From assembly GCA_002104905.1 (NCBI GenBank), contig MCFE01000561.1, forward strand, positions 1-57,874: 57,874 bases of DNA, read 5' to 3'. The position numbers and the translations under genes are program-made. Below the pieces are notes generated by a model, which did not search any database, had not been told where the DNA came from, and was given only the letters and a program-made list of their open reading frames with translations. This document shows positions 1 to 12,658 of the stretch, one piece after another; position 1 is the first letter of the stretch; the number at the start of each line of letters is the position of its first letter. Source of the DNA: Basidiobolus meristosporus CBS 931.73. Lineage: Eukaryota > Fungi > Basidiobolomycota.

Positions 1-2390
1 TTCGCCCTCTGAAAGAAAAATAACTTCAACGACCCAAATATAAAGAGATAATTACTGCCATGTAACAAACCGTCACACGTGCTGCGGATCTGCTAGGTGG
101 GTGAGAGGGCTCCAAAGAAAGTGCATGTCAATTGTTTATCGTGGCTGTATCACCTAAGATCAGCAAGTAATTCCTGTAGAAAAATAGAAGCCGACGGGAA
201 GAGCCATACGCAAGAAGCGAAATCATGGACAGAAGTGCACCTGACTTGAGAGGCTTACTTGCCTGGGGAATCCATGATCCATTCTCACTGAATGTCACCA
301 ATATTGCTCCTCATTTGTCCCTGCCCACCCCAACATTTTGGGCATGTATTTCAATTGGTTCAGTCCAAGTCAGAGCAGAGTTCAATGCACCAGGTGTTCA
401 CGCATTTGGTGCTGTTTAGGATTCCTATATATATAAGTATCCGACAGCCTCTTGACTAGACCCACACTTTGCCTGTTAATACTGAGATGTACTTTCTTTA
501 ACTAGGCTCAGCACATGCTGGATGATTCCACAGATTTGTGTCGTGTCACATACACCCATGAGCAGAGGACATTTAAAGCGCTATGAGCTCATCCTATGAT
601 GTCACAGTACTCACGATGGTATTATTCTATGCCCAAGTCATCCTCCTCTAACACCATTCGAACAACGTACAGTGGTCAATCGTCGTACGGCCGATTGCTT
701 TAGATCTGTCTGGTCAAACAGCCGAAGAAACAAACAACCACTCATCAAGTAGCACCTGCAAGTCAGAAACTCTTGTGCTGATACACAAATCTCGGATGCA
801 TCCTGACATAAACTTGCAACATATGGGATTTAAACCGACGGGTGATATAGATCGTATTCAATGATTTCCATACTCTGCGGCCCTACATACCTTCTCTGTC
901 AAGACAAACTACCATTGTTAACGGGATTACTTCGGCTCAGAAACTCCAGTATTGCTACTTTCCACGAAACTGTGCCTACGTGTACCGGAGTGTTCATGAG
1001 GGTTTATAGATTGTGGTATGAGCAAAGAGTGGCATACAATGCATCATTCGACATTGTGTTCAATATGGCAATCAATTGCGGCACCTTTAGGTAAAATCCC
1101 GATCTAGATAAACCGTCGATGATATTCCAAAAACCCTCAAGTTTGACCAAAAGGCTCTGGATTTTCGCAACCCAGTCCCCTTGATGCCTTACATGATAAT
1201 TGGCAACAGACCATTCAGTAAATGATTCTCCCGTACCTCACTTCCTATATGCATGGGAGGCCTCACAAGCAGATACCACTAAATACAAAATGGATAGCAG
1301 AATGTATCAATGCCTAAGATTCTAACATAGATCGCGCCTGGAATATGCATGAATTGCAGCGAATAAATGGTAGGTGATTGCTAAGGGTTAGTTGAGACGC
1401 TTGTCTCCAGCCATTGAAATGGTTCACCGTATTTTGAGATGACCATCGACTCGTTGCGGAAACGGAATATATTTGTATATCACTGGTCAGAGTGTTTGAG
1501 GTTACACTGCAGCTTGTAGCCAGACACCTTCTGAAACCCGTCGAAGGACGAAATGGTTGAATTGGCAGGTTGTCAGGCTATTTTACTGAAGGGTCATGGA
1601 TCTTCAGGCCCCTCCTGCACATTGTAAATGTGCAAGATACTTTGGGTTTTCCATTATGCAACCAGATCTCTGGTGGGTTTGCGATATACGAACAAGTAGA
1701 AATAACCAATGCTCGATTCACATCCGACTGCCACCCGGGTTTCTACTTTCGAACGCGCGGCAGAATCGCCAAGCCCCAGTGAAACCTTGCAGACGAGATA
1801 CAAGTTGACATCTTGTAAGATATCTCCTTGCTGGGTCACGTTACTGCCGAGCACACAGGTTTCTAGATCAACACGGTTGTGGCCTATCGTCCGTGATTGA
1901 TGTGGAAATCTGGATTAAACAAGCGATATTCTTGGTTTCCGTATAGAGTGGGCTACAAAGCAGCTCATCACCCCTCTCACAAGTAAATCTGATGTATTCA
2001 AAGTATGAGCCGATTTGTCCAAGGCAAGCTCGCATTTGCTGATTCATTGCCAAGCGATGGGAATGCCCAAACTGTTGGGGAAACGAAAGTTTGATTCATC
2101 CCCTGGAATCTGGGATCGTTTCTGGTTTGAGTTTTGCGAGGCTTCATTCAAAGTAGTCATGAACGACCAGTGTGGTGTCTACTTAAAAATTCTAACGAGG
2201 ATATCGATGATAAACTGTGAAGTTAACCGGGGGTCATTGGATAAGTAAACTTTGGATACGACTGAATTGACATATATTTCATTACTTGTACAGAAAGAGT
2301 GAAAAATCGCGGTTAAATCAATAGATATTGGAATTAAGGGTGTTATTGCGTGATGAATGTGGGGTGTTATTAAAAGCAGCGCTTCTAAAA

Positions 2391-4372
2391 TTAACCTATG
2401 CTTCTGCCCATACCACCAACACTCGCCGCAAGAGAAAGCGCACCATCCCCTTCATAGGTGAAGCCAGCAAATTGTTGCTGTATTGTCTCGGACAGTCGAG
2501 AGTCTTCTGCCACCGAATCATGCGGTACTTCGGAAGTGAACTCTTCATCAAAGTTAGAGGTATCGAAAGCGGAGGCCTAGTGGGAATGTATCATTAGAAA
2601 CCACTCCATCCAGATTGTACGAGTCCACTGTATTCAATATGACACATACCACATTAGGCTTAAACGGCGGCTGATAACGCTTGGCGAGTAATTTAGCCCA
2701 GTCAATCTCAGCGAAGAACGGATGCGACTTGATTTCGTCGGCGCCTTTATTTCCCAATCGCTTAGCGGGATCCCGCTCCAAAAGCTGTAGTGACGGAACA
2801 ACGGTGAGAAATAAGTAACATACCGCAGCAGAGTGATCCAAAAACTTACCCCATTTAAGAGACTTCTGGCATGAGCACTAACATGGTCTGGGTATCTTAG
2901 TTCGTCCTCGATGATTTTACGGTACATTTCATGGGTGTTTTCGTCATAGAATGGTGGCAGCCCGGTAAGCATCTCATAAAGTAGCACTCCAAATGTCCAC
3001 CAATCCACTGTTTTGGTGTACCCTTGACCATATAATAGCTCTGGAGCAAGGTACTCTGGAGTCCCGCAGAAGGTATTTGTAGTCTCATCCTGGTTCATGT
3101 TGAGTTTACAAAGGCCAAAGTCACACAATGCAATATGACCATTATAATCCAAGAGAATGTTCTCTGGCTTTAGATCACGATAAATTACGTTGTAGCTGTG
3201 AAGACGGTCCAATGCACATAGGAGCTCTGCGGCATAAAATCTGCTGCGGGTTTCATCAAAACGGCCTTCACGTTGTAAATGCAAGAACAGCTCGCCACCG
3301 TTCACGAAAGCCAGAATGAGATACAGCTTTCCCGGACTTTGAAATGAGAATTTCAAGGGAACAATGAATGGATGATCAATCTGTCCGAGAACGGTTCTTT
3401 CGGCCAGAGTGTGTGTCACTTCATCCCGGGAAACGATCTTCGACTTGTTCAAAATCTTCATGGCGTAGATTCGGTTGGTGTCGATTTTGCGAACTTGCAT
3501 CACCTAGTTGGCAACATCAGAATTGATGGAAACCACCGACTTCTTGGACTGCTATTACCTTCCCGAAACTTCCCTTCCCAATCAACTTTAACAAATCGAA
3601 GTCATCGACCGATAATGGTTTTGCGCGCTATATCGCCCCGTTTTACTCTGATTAGAATACGCCTGTTCATCGCACAAGTTCACAAGAAACTCACCTCAAT
3701 TCTCTTATAGCATAATTGAACTCGAATGTGGCCCTCCCCACCTTTGACTGAAAACCAGTCATCCTGGAGACGCTGTAACCGATGGGTTAGACAAATCTAC
3801 GGATGCTTTGGTCTGCACCTGCCACCCCATGGGGTATTTCTAAAGACTTACCCCATCAGCAAATTCGGGAGTTATCTGCACTGAACCCAAGAGGATTGCC
3901 TTTCCTGAAGATTTGCGAGGATCTTCGGTTCTCACGTACATGGAAACAGTCACCTCGCTCTCGCAAGAGACATCGCTGTAGAGGAAGAGTTAGACGTGGT
4001 TGACAAGTACCATATGGCTTTGTTGAGTCTAAAAGTCCTCACAAGTTGGCTTTATATTTCCAAACCGGGTTTTCCTGTTCGCCGCCCAAAGCTTCAATCA
4101 GCAAGTCATTCCTGTCAAACTCTAGAACTACGTATGGTAATCTCCAGGTTTCCATTTTGTCAGTTGCCTTTGCGCTTGAGGGTAAGCTTAAATTCTTGGC
4201 TTCGACCACTCGGATAAGCAGGGTGCCAGATTTGGGTGCTTTAAATCTTGGAGATAGCGGCTCCGAACTAGCCAACTTATCTTCTATTACGTTTAAGGAT
4301 AAAAGTCAGTGTCTGTTGCGTCCAAAGTCAAAAAGAAGCCTGGGTACTTTTGGGGGATAATTTAAGAGACAT
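2391..4372 (-). CDS. YPK1: Ypk1/Gad8 (SGK-like) AGC serine/threonine kinase with N-terminal C2 domain; multi-exon
   Basis: Spliced model assembled by hand. ATG at 4372 (MSLKLSPK), GT-AG introns at e.g. 4284-4347, 3504-3558, 2785-2849 and 2577-2649. C2 region ([11 protein letters not shown]...PYVVLEFD...NPVW), kinase motifs [21 protein letters not shown] and [13 protein letters not shown]-terminal PPFKP and hydrophobic motif QFAGFTY, TAA at 2391-2393. Confidence 0.95.
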
Positions 4373-7300
4373 TCGACTACCGTCAGAACTTGAAGAGGAA
4401 GGGGTGTATGTTAGACTTTGTTACAGTTGCTTCTGATACCAAATATATTGGGAAGCCAGCCCACGAGATAATAAGAACTGAGAGCAAGAGTAGGAGACGA
4501 CAACCATTTTGTATCCCATATTAGGGTTCTTGAAGGGGTTGGAGGGGGCTATAATTGGATACGAACCGGGATCAAGGTAGGAGTAAATTAATTATTAAAT
4601 AGAACAACAAGCCAACGGGGCTTGCTAGCAACCGTGTAAGTTCCAGCCGAATATATTATAGCATTCTATTCTCTCAGTATTCATCGTTGCAATATCACAT
4701 TAATGCTAGTAAATAATGCATGCAGAAATTGAGCCATATGATTCCGTTGACTCAGTGGAGCGGATAATGTACTGGGCAATTCAACTCGTATCGATTCTTT
4801 ATACGGCTGCCAGGATAGCCAATTGATATTCACCAAGCAACCTATACTTGGTGGAACAGCGCACTCAGGCAAGATCGCACTCACGAATGCCCTCCAGGAG
4901 TAAATCTCTGAGTAGGCCCTTACACCATGATAGCCACGTCTCGAACATTAAGCTGCATGGATTGTTTCCTCTCAGTGTGGCACCAATTTACGGAAAAGAT
5001 GGTCTTTGCAACACCAGGGTGGTACATTATTATGTCTCTTAATTGTTGATCTGCTCGATTCCAAACCGCCATCAGAAAGAAGAAGGCCACCATAACGAGG
5101 CAGAGAATTTACCCTTACAATCATCACCGAAACCATCAGACTTCAGCGCCGCGTATCCTGTGTATTGTAGCATCCAAACCAAGTCAGTGACTCGATTGGG
5201 CAATTTCCTTGTGCTCCCAGGAATACTATATTACTTGTAATTGTGAGAAAAGGGTGGCTATTCCTGATCCACCCCTGAATGACTGTTTGAGTAAGATCAC
5301 AAGCTGAATCTGTATCTAGCGAATGATTTGAGAGCCCAATGGAATAGCTAGTCCGGTTATTGCTGCAATAAGGCGACAAGTCGCCAGTAGGGGTGGTGTC
5401 TCAAGTGAGCAGCGTAGTATTTTCTGCTGACCGCTGAGCACCATAATTCTCTAGCGTGAGGCGGACAGGGATGCACGAAAGGGCCAGGGAGGGACGGATC
5501 GGTTTGAACAGAGTGGCTAATAATGGGGCCGCATCCAGCAGAATGACGAAAGGTTGCCCGGTGACTAATTGGGGTTTGGAGATACCTTTGATCCTACTCC
5601 TGCCATATTATTGCGGTGCATTGCGTGTTCTCTGACGTTATAGCGAAGTCTGGTGATGGATGAACTTGAAATACGTTGTATGACATTGATGGAGAAATGT
5701 GTGTCAACATCTCACCAATGGCGTAATCCCGGATAGATGCCTGGTTGAGATCAAATACGATGGCAATTTCAGCGTGCAACACGCTAAATGTTGCACATCA
5801 CCTATGAGCCACAAATAGGTCTATCACATGTCTGTTCATGATGTCCCAGGTGTGCACTAGCAAATCGCATTTGTAAAGCACCCTTTCTCGGTAGGAAAAG
5901 CCATGTTTGTGACTCTAGTGGGGGCGTTTCTGGCAGGCAAGAGATCCTTGTATGTCTGATAAAGCACCCTGCTATGATAGCGGTATCTGGAAATCGCTCG
6001 CCGGGATCGCAATAATCATCCTAAATCGGACAACTTGGTGGATAAATACAAACTCGGATGTTTCGTCTCCAGCTGGTTATCTGATCTCGAATGGCGTCAG
6101 AAAGCTGGTTTAAAAGTGACTTACCTGTGGTGACTAGCCCTAAGTGATTACGGGGAAGAGTTTCTTGCTCGCAGCATAGTCCCTTCAAATGGCCCTCAGT
6201 GATGCTTGACATACTAAATAGCGAATTCTCCTAACAGCATAGGATATCCCTTGGTTTCAGATATTCGAGGTTGTATTCAATGGGGCAATACATATTGGGG
6301 ATGATTGCGGGTATGGCGCTATGGAGTGTATTGCTTGGCCAATATGAAGAATGGTGGTGCATGTTAAGCGCTGAATATAACAGTGGCCAACTTCAAGTTG
6401 GCGTTACGCTATGGGATGTGTTTGGAGAGCCGATTCTCTTTTTAAAGTCGAATGAAGTTGATCGATGGTGAGCACCATTTGTTTGTAGCGTCTGATACTT
6501 GAACTTGCAAACAGACGATTGAGATTGCCATCAACCCTTTCGCAGGTATTTGGTATATATGCTTGCAACTTCGCCAAGGCACCGGATCATTATGGATACT
6601 TGGAGAGCCATTGGAGGAATTGATCCACGGGTTATTGCAGCATTCAAATAAGTAGGAATGGGTGGCGCATTGGGAGAAACCTCGAAATCGTGTCTCAGAT
6701 CTATGAAATACTGGATATGCAGTCACCTAAACTTGATTGGCATCTTTCTGGGATTATCTGTACAATACTCCATTCATTGGCAATATAGAGCCATGTCTAA
6801 AGTACTTGACTAATCCATGCTGACATCTTGGTGCTCTAGCAAGACCCTTGGCAAGTCTGCGAGCCTGGGCTATGTAGCTGAAGGTGTAGGGTGTGGTGGT
6901 AGTGGCATATATCGGGGATTGGTAATGGAAGCATTTCAAGGTGTAGGCTAAGTGCGCATATAGAGAGGCCAAATGCTCCTTGCTTTTCCAACATTCAGAT
7001 GAGGATTAGTTAGGGAATCATTGCCAAGTACTTGCTGGAATGGCACTAATGGTAGTTGCATATCATTTACCCCTCGGATGTTTTGAGTGTAATGCAGAGT
7101 TAGATTTTGCATCATTCACTGATTTGAAATATGATGGTGGCAAGTGTCATCAAGGCCTGTTTTTATGCTGCGTGTGTGTTTGCACTTTTCAAGAATTTTC
7201 GACAAGGTGGCGCAGTAAGGGTGGTAAGCACAGGCTAGTTTCTACGTTTGTTACTTGATACGAAGTCGGATTGAGTGGTGGCAATAGCGGTGGCATATCC

Positions 7301-8271
7301 CCGAGGGATTTTTGCACAAGTCTCTATGTGTTAGCATTAGCAAATCAACTCTCCTGGTGCACACATATGCACGTGTATGATATTGCACATGGTAATTAGT
7401 ATCGATGATAAATGCTCATGTATCATATCGCCTATTGGCAATTTCCCCAGCTGAGTGTTCAAATTGCTGGAACATGACTATTAAAAATGCATGTCCAATT
7501 TTCGGATCATTTCAGTGGTCAATGATGTATAATTAATTTAGTCACAATTCTAATCCCAAACTCTTCGAGTCACCTGATGTGCAGTTCCATATTGTGCACT
7601 AATGATGGTATTAATGGCACGTTTTGAATAAGTTGTCACAAACACCTACATATCAGGCAGAAGTTCTCAATCGCCCCATACTGCCCGATGGAACAACTCC
7701 GAAGGCTCTGGTTAGGGTTGGAGCTGGTGTGCCGAATGGGTCCCGAACTCAGAAATAGGCATCCCTGCGTGTGTTTCGACCGTTTTTCTGGCAAGTCCTT
7801 ACGATATCCAAGTCAATAAGCAGCACCTTCGGTAAACCATTAGTGTAGGGAATGTCGTTACAATCATGTCATTCTATTCCAATTCTTAAATTATACATGG
7901 TGGCTAATATCGTGAACGATGAGACATGTTCTGGGCGTTTTGGTCTAGTAAATGCAGTTACTTGATAGGATTCCTTAATATCTCCAATAATGCCATGGGT
8001 CCTTCAGGAACAGATTGTATCCGAGTTGCAGTGATACAGGTGAGCTAATATACAAAGCTGAAATATTTCACTTCATCTTTTGCCTTCAAGAGCATAAACC
8101 GCCAAGTAAATTTGCTTAGATTGAGCTGTATCTAGAACATAATTGATATTCAAGTAAGCGGTGTGATCATCCACTGCCAATGATGGGATGGCTCCACAAG
8201 GCGATAGAGAGGAGTTGCTATGTATATAAACGTGTCGTAGCAAACAACATCATCAAGTATCTTTATCTCTA

Positions 8272-8718
8272 ATGCAGATTTTCATTAGGGCACTCACAGG
8301 TAAAACTATCACCTTGGAGGTTGAGTCTTCCGATGCTGTGGACTGCGTGAAGCAAAGTATTCAAGACATAGAGAATATAGCTCCCGAGCAACAACTATTG
8401 ATTTTCGCTGGAAAACAGCTCGAGAATGGGTATACAATTGGCGAATATAACCTTCAAAAGGAATCCACTCTTCACCTAACTCTGCGACTTCGCGGTGGGT
8501 TTCCTGGAAAGAAAGTAGCAAGATGTTCTCTTACTGGATGCTACAATCGTGTGGTCCGATTCATCGGAGAATGCCAATATTGCAGTCAGAAATTCTGCAG
8601 TCGTCACAGGATCCCAGAGGCCCATGCCTGTACATACCTCACAACATGCAAGCAAATGTCTTTCGATCGTTACGCAGACCGGCTACTAAACGAAAAATGT
8701 GTTGCTAGTAAGGTGTAG
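8272..8718 (+). CDS. Ubiquitin-like domain fused to an AN1-type zinc finger (148 aa, intronless)
   Basis: The N-terminal 76 aa match ubiquitin at about 56/76 positions and end LRLRGG. They are followed by C-x4-C-x10-C-x2-C-x4-C-x2-H-x5-H-x-C (AN1 pattern). TATA-like TATATAAA about 45 nt upstream. Confidence 0.92.
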   Translation: MQIFIRALTGKTITLEVESSDAVDCVKQSIQDIENIAPEQQLLIFAGKQLENGYTIGEYNLQKESTLHLTLRLRGGFPGKKVARCSLTGCYNRVVRFIGECQYCSQKFCSRHRIPEAHACTYLTTCKQMSFDRYADRLLNEKCVASKV

Positions 8719-9657
8719 CACCTACTCTAGGCGGACGTTCTTGCTAGACAACCTTCGAGTTGGCGCCAAGCTAGCAAGGCAACATGGCAATTGTCCAGTT
8801 GTAATATCATCACTGCTCAGTCCCAAAGAACCCGATCCGTCTCTATAAGGGGGGATCTCGCATGTAATGAATTGCATAGTTTGTTGGAACATTCGCACCA
8901 TAGTGTGAGCGAGATGCTTAATTCTATTCCGTTACCAAAATAAAACTATGGCGATTCGATGCTGCAACTGTTGTTTGATCACGAGCCAGATCTGCATATG
9001 CGAAATGGTGTTTCGTAAAGAAATATGGCTACTCTTCACTGAATGTCGACTACTCGGTCTTCGAGGCAGTTGAACTGCACCATGTAGCAAGTCCAGAGAC
9101 TGAAGAGTCAATCGGTCATCATCAGACAAGCAGGCTAATGGACTAACCATCTACATTCTTGGGTCCTGGTTGAAGCGTTATTTCACTTTGGATGGTGGTC
9201 ATTGCTCTAGGATCGATGGGATCTATACGCCACAACGCGCTGTCCACATGATATTGTACTCAACATGCAATTTAGGGTAGCCGCCACGGTGGTCTGTTAT
9301 GGGGAAGTGGTACATACATTGAGGTGTTGATATTAGAAAAGATCGATGTTTGCAGAGATTCCTGCGCAAAGAGGGATATCGATGGGTATCGCTCAAGTTC
9401 GGGTGAATCAAGGTGAAGGCCTATGGAGTCCTTTTCAGCTTAGTTTTAGTGATGGGATGAAGACGAGGGACTAGCTCGGAGGAGCTAATTCAATATCGAA
9501 AATTACAAATATAGTGAAATGAGAAATAATCATAATCTAAGTTACAGTGGCTACAGGTACATCATTAATGGTAGAAATAGGAAGCGTACTGAAAATTGAT
9601 CCAACAATGCCCATTTATGCATATGTACATGCACATAGAGGGTACGTTAGAAATAAA

Positions 9658-10580
9658 TTAACAGCAACCAAATGAATTACTGCTTCTGGTGGGTAGATGG
9701 AACGAGCTGGTATTTCTAATATCCCCATCCCCAAACATATCGAACTCCATCTGAGGGATCTTCACCATCTTGGCGATGTAACTGAACGCTTGCTCCACAT
9801 TAGTTCCTTCCTTCGCGCTAGCCTCGAAACACGGGATTTCCATCGATTTCCCGCTATGTCGCAGCGCGAATGCTTTTGCTTGCCTACGGGATACCACTCT
9901 TTCATCGATATCAATCTTATTGCCTATCACAACAAATGGGAATTCCGTCGGATCGGCCACCCCGGCTTGCTTCAAAAACTCGCTCCTCCAGCGCTCCAGA
10001 TGCTCGAATGTTAAATAATTGTTGACGTCGTATACCAGTATACAAGCATCAGCGCCTCTGTAAAATGCCACGCCTAATGATTGAAAGCGCTCTTGTCCTG
10101 ATAAATGCAAGCATGGTCAGAATCGAGGCAGGTGGTTTGGCGCATGTTGAACGTTCGTAAGCTCACCTGCAGTATCCCATATCTGAAGCATGAAGGTTTT
10201 TCCATCATCCAGGTTCACTTCTTTGGCAATAAAGTCCGCGCCGATAGTGGCCTTGTAAGCGTTTGTGAATCGTTTGTGAATGAACTAATGGAATTTTCAA
10301 GCAGTAAGTACAATCGCTTGGCTCGGGTTCTTTGGGAGAAAAGTGAATACTAACTTGATTGCGTAAAGAGGTCTGTAAGTGAGATGGTTCAAGAAGGCAG
10401 ATGAAAATGGGAGCGAGGGGGGCGAGTATAAAAAAGAGAATATGAAGGTTTAGTTAGTTTTTTCTTTGTAAGGAAGAATTTTCGAGAATATCCAGTTCTT
10501 TCGAACGTGGTTTTAGTATCACGGACTTTGCCGACTCCACCATCCCCGATCAGGACAACTTTGAGGATCTCTTTCGTCAT
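9658..10580 (-). CDS. Rab7/Ypt7-like small GTPase (divergent), 4 exons
   Basis: Exons give [18 protein letters not shown] / TSLRNQ / [18 protein letters not shown]...QIWDTA / [17 protein letters not shown]...GNKID...EASAK...GCC*. All G-boxes, the Rab7-type effector loop YKATIGADF and a C-terminal CC prenylation site are present, with canonical GT-AG junctions in consistent phase. Confidence 0.93.
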
Positions 10581-11842
10581 GAACACCGCACAGAAGGGAA
10601 ACTGGGAGAAGGGTTGGATAAAGTAAAGTCAGCGTGTATAGGAGAAAGAAGGCCTAGAGCGAGGAAGGAGGGTCGAAGCTGTTGAAATACTCTGCAGTCA
10701 ACAGAGCTTCACCGAAAAAAGGAAACTAATAAGAATCGACTTGGATTCTCGGAGATTTTGATAGGAAAAAGATGGAGGCCAGGATGAAGTATGAATGGGA
10801 TTCAGGTTGATCGAGAAGCTCACCTCATGAATTCCCGAAATCGCTTTGGTTATGTGGTTGGGGAGTATGGAGGTATTCGGATGCCATCCGAACGAAACAA
10901 ACCTTATTTTCTTGTCAAATGCCGATTCCAACCCGAATGTGCTTGCTGGACTCCATGCTGAACCCATTCTGTGCGCGAGCGTCGAGCAGCCAGCCGTAGT
11001 CTATTGAAAGCCAGGGGCCGTCTACGGCTTCTGGGTTCCTGGATGGTGTGCACTGACCAGTGTCAGATCATGGCTGCAGACGCGCCGTCTTAAAGTGGGC
11101 CTTGTGCTCATGAAATGAGGACAAATTAGTGCTGTGTTTATGAGCCATGAATATCTGAGCTTGATTCTGAATAAGAGGTTCGGCGCCGCCCCAATTTTCC
11201 CATGATCACTATATTTTGGAGCATTTGCAATGGATCTTCTTGGGTACAAGTGGACGCACCGCATCGAGTCTCCCCAATCAAGGCACTCTTCTTCCCTAAT
11301 CCAATGGCTCTTTCCTGCTGCCTGCTTTCGAGCAATACTATGCGGAATGGGCAATATATTCACGCGGAATTGCCATACTGGTCGATACGGGATTGCGATT
11401 GGCCAAAGTTTATTCTCAAATTCAGTCTTCTGTGGACTCCTCACACATTTATATTTATCTAACTTTGTTATGAATGATTTAATGTTCGGAACTAAAAAAG
11501 GTTGGATCACAACTGGTTTTCTACCTCGAACAAGGATCCCTACAATCCTGGAAAGAGCATGATAGGTGAGTAAAGGCAAGCATTTCTAGATCAATTCCGT
11601 ACGAAGAGAATACGGCAATCTAATGGGGGGGGGTAAGGGCATATTGAACATTAAATAGATTATCCAGGAGCAGTATTCAAACAAAACAGTGTTTCCAAAC
11701 GGTGGTTTGGAGCAGAGATTTCTAATGGAGGGGAAGTCTGAATGGGAGAACGGGAGCTTTGGCGGACTCTTTCCTTAGGTAAATGCGGGCGACATTGAAA
11801 AGGAAGGGGTTAGGGTGCCAATTTTCTTGTATTTCCCGGCAT

Positions 11843-12658
11843 TCAGAAAGGCTTGTTCGCTTCTTCGACAAGCTTTATCTGTTCTTGCTGAAGTCTTATC
11901 TGCTCTCTGAACTGCTTGCGATATATTCGTCGCTGAATTGTCCCGGCTCCGAAAACGATGAATCCAATCATGAAGACCACAGAATAGATGTATAGTCCGA
12001 TTGGTGTGGTCTGGATGGTTGTTCCATCCCCATATTGGCTCGGGTCCGAGGCAGGAGAAGAGGGCTTGGGAAGGGGAAGCGAAGCCCGGTAATAAGGCCC
12101 AAATGGCTTGGACGGAACGCTGGAGTCAATTGGCATATTTGTATAGTCAAAGGGAGATACTAAGGGGACTCCTGGCCCATCTGCAGGAGAAGCACTCATC
12201 ACCAATGCGTACGAGTTAGGTATCGTAATATTAGCAAGACTGGCACGAGCGGCTCCACGCTGAGGAAGAAACTGCCCGTTGAAAAGATAAGAGTCCGTTA
12301 AACTGGTGGAATTGGCGGCGGGCAAGATGACGTACCACCCGCTACGATATCTTTCCAACGTCCAGTCTCCCCAGTATTCATTAATTTTAGTTTTAAGATC
12401 ACTAAAGATGAATTTCAGACTCCATTTGGAATTTAGAGACGATGCTGGAAGTGTAATGGTGATGTTTCCACCAAAAAGACCATTTCCTTCATCAAGCCAG
12501 GCCACTCTATAGTTAATTTGAAGGCCGAGGGGATTTGAAGGCTTTGCAATTGAGTCTCTTCTAGCAATGAATGAGGAATGAGTGTGACCCACCAATGCTG
12601 CTGAAAAAATGAGAGCAGTGTTCACGGAGTTCCACTTCAGACACGAGTAAATTCTCAT
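11843..12658 (-). CDS. Single-pass membrane protein with CBM2-like (cellulose/chitin-binding-type) ectodomain
   Basis: 271-aa intronless ORF. Hydrophobic N-terminus; the segment INYRVAW...GGNITIT...WSLKFIF...INEYWG...WYVILP...FNG follows the CBM2 beta-sandwich pattern by eye; Pro/Ser/Thr stalk; TM helix IGLYIYSVVFMIGFIVFGAGTI followed by basic QRRIYRK. The domain call is from memory of the pattern, not a search. Confidence 0.75.
   Translation of the reverse strand: MRIYSCLKWNSVNTALIFSAALVGHTHSSFIARRDSIAKPSNPLGLQINYRVAWLDEGNGLFGGNITITLPASSLNSKWSLKFIFSDLKTKINEYWGDWTLERYRSGWYVILPAANSTSLTDSYLFNGQFLPQRGAARASLANITIPNSYALVMSASPADGPGVPLVSPFDYTNMPIDSSVPSKPFGPYYRASLPLPKPSSPASDPSQYGDGTTIQTTPIGLYIYSVVFMIGFIVFGAGTIQRRIYRKQFREQIRLQQEQIKLVEEANKPF

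Noticed and set aside
800-2250. Protein-like minus-strand stretches (e.g. ESFTEWSVANY...; HNRVDLETCVLGS...YLVCK) suggesting a spliced gene
   Set aside because: I could not build a consistent exon chain or recognise a family; left unannotated.
4650-7350. Scattered protein-like minus-strand segments with some GT-AG signals
   Set aside because: Stops occur in all frames and no motif is recognisable; this could be a degenerate or highly spliced gene, but it is unsupported without RNA data.
11022-11579. 185-aa ORF upstream of the Rab gene
   Set aside because: Starts at a non-ATG codon, has no recognisable motif, and overlapping ORFs of similar quality lie in other frames.
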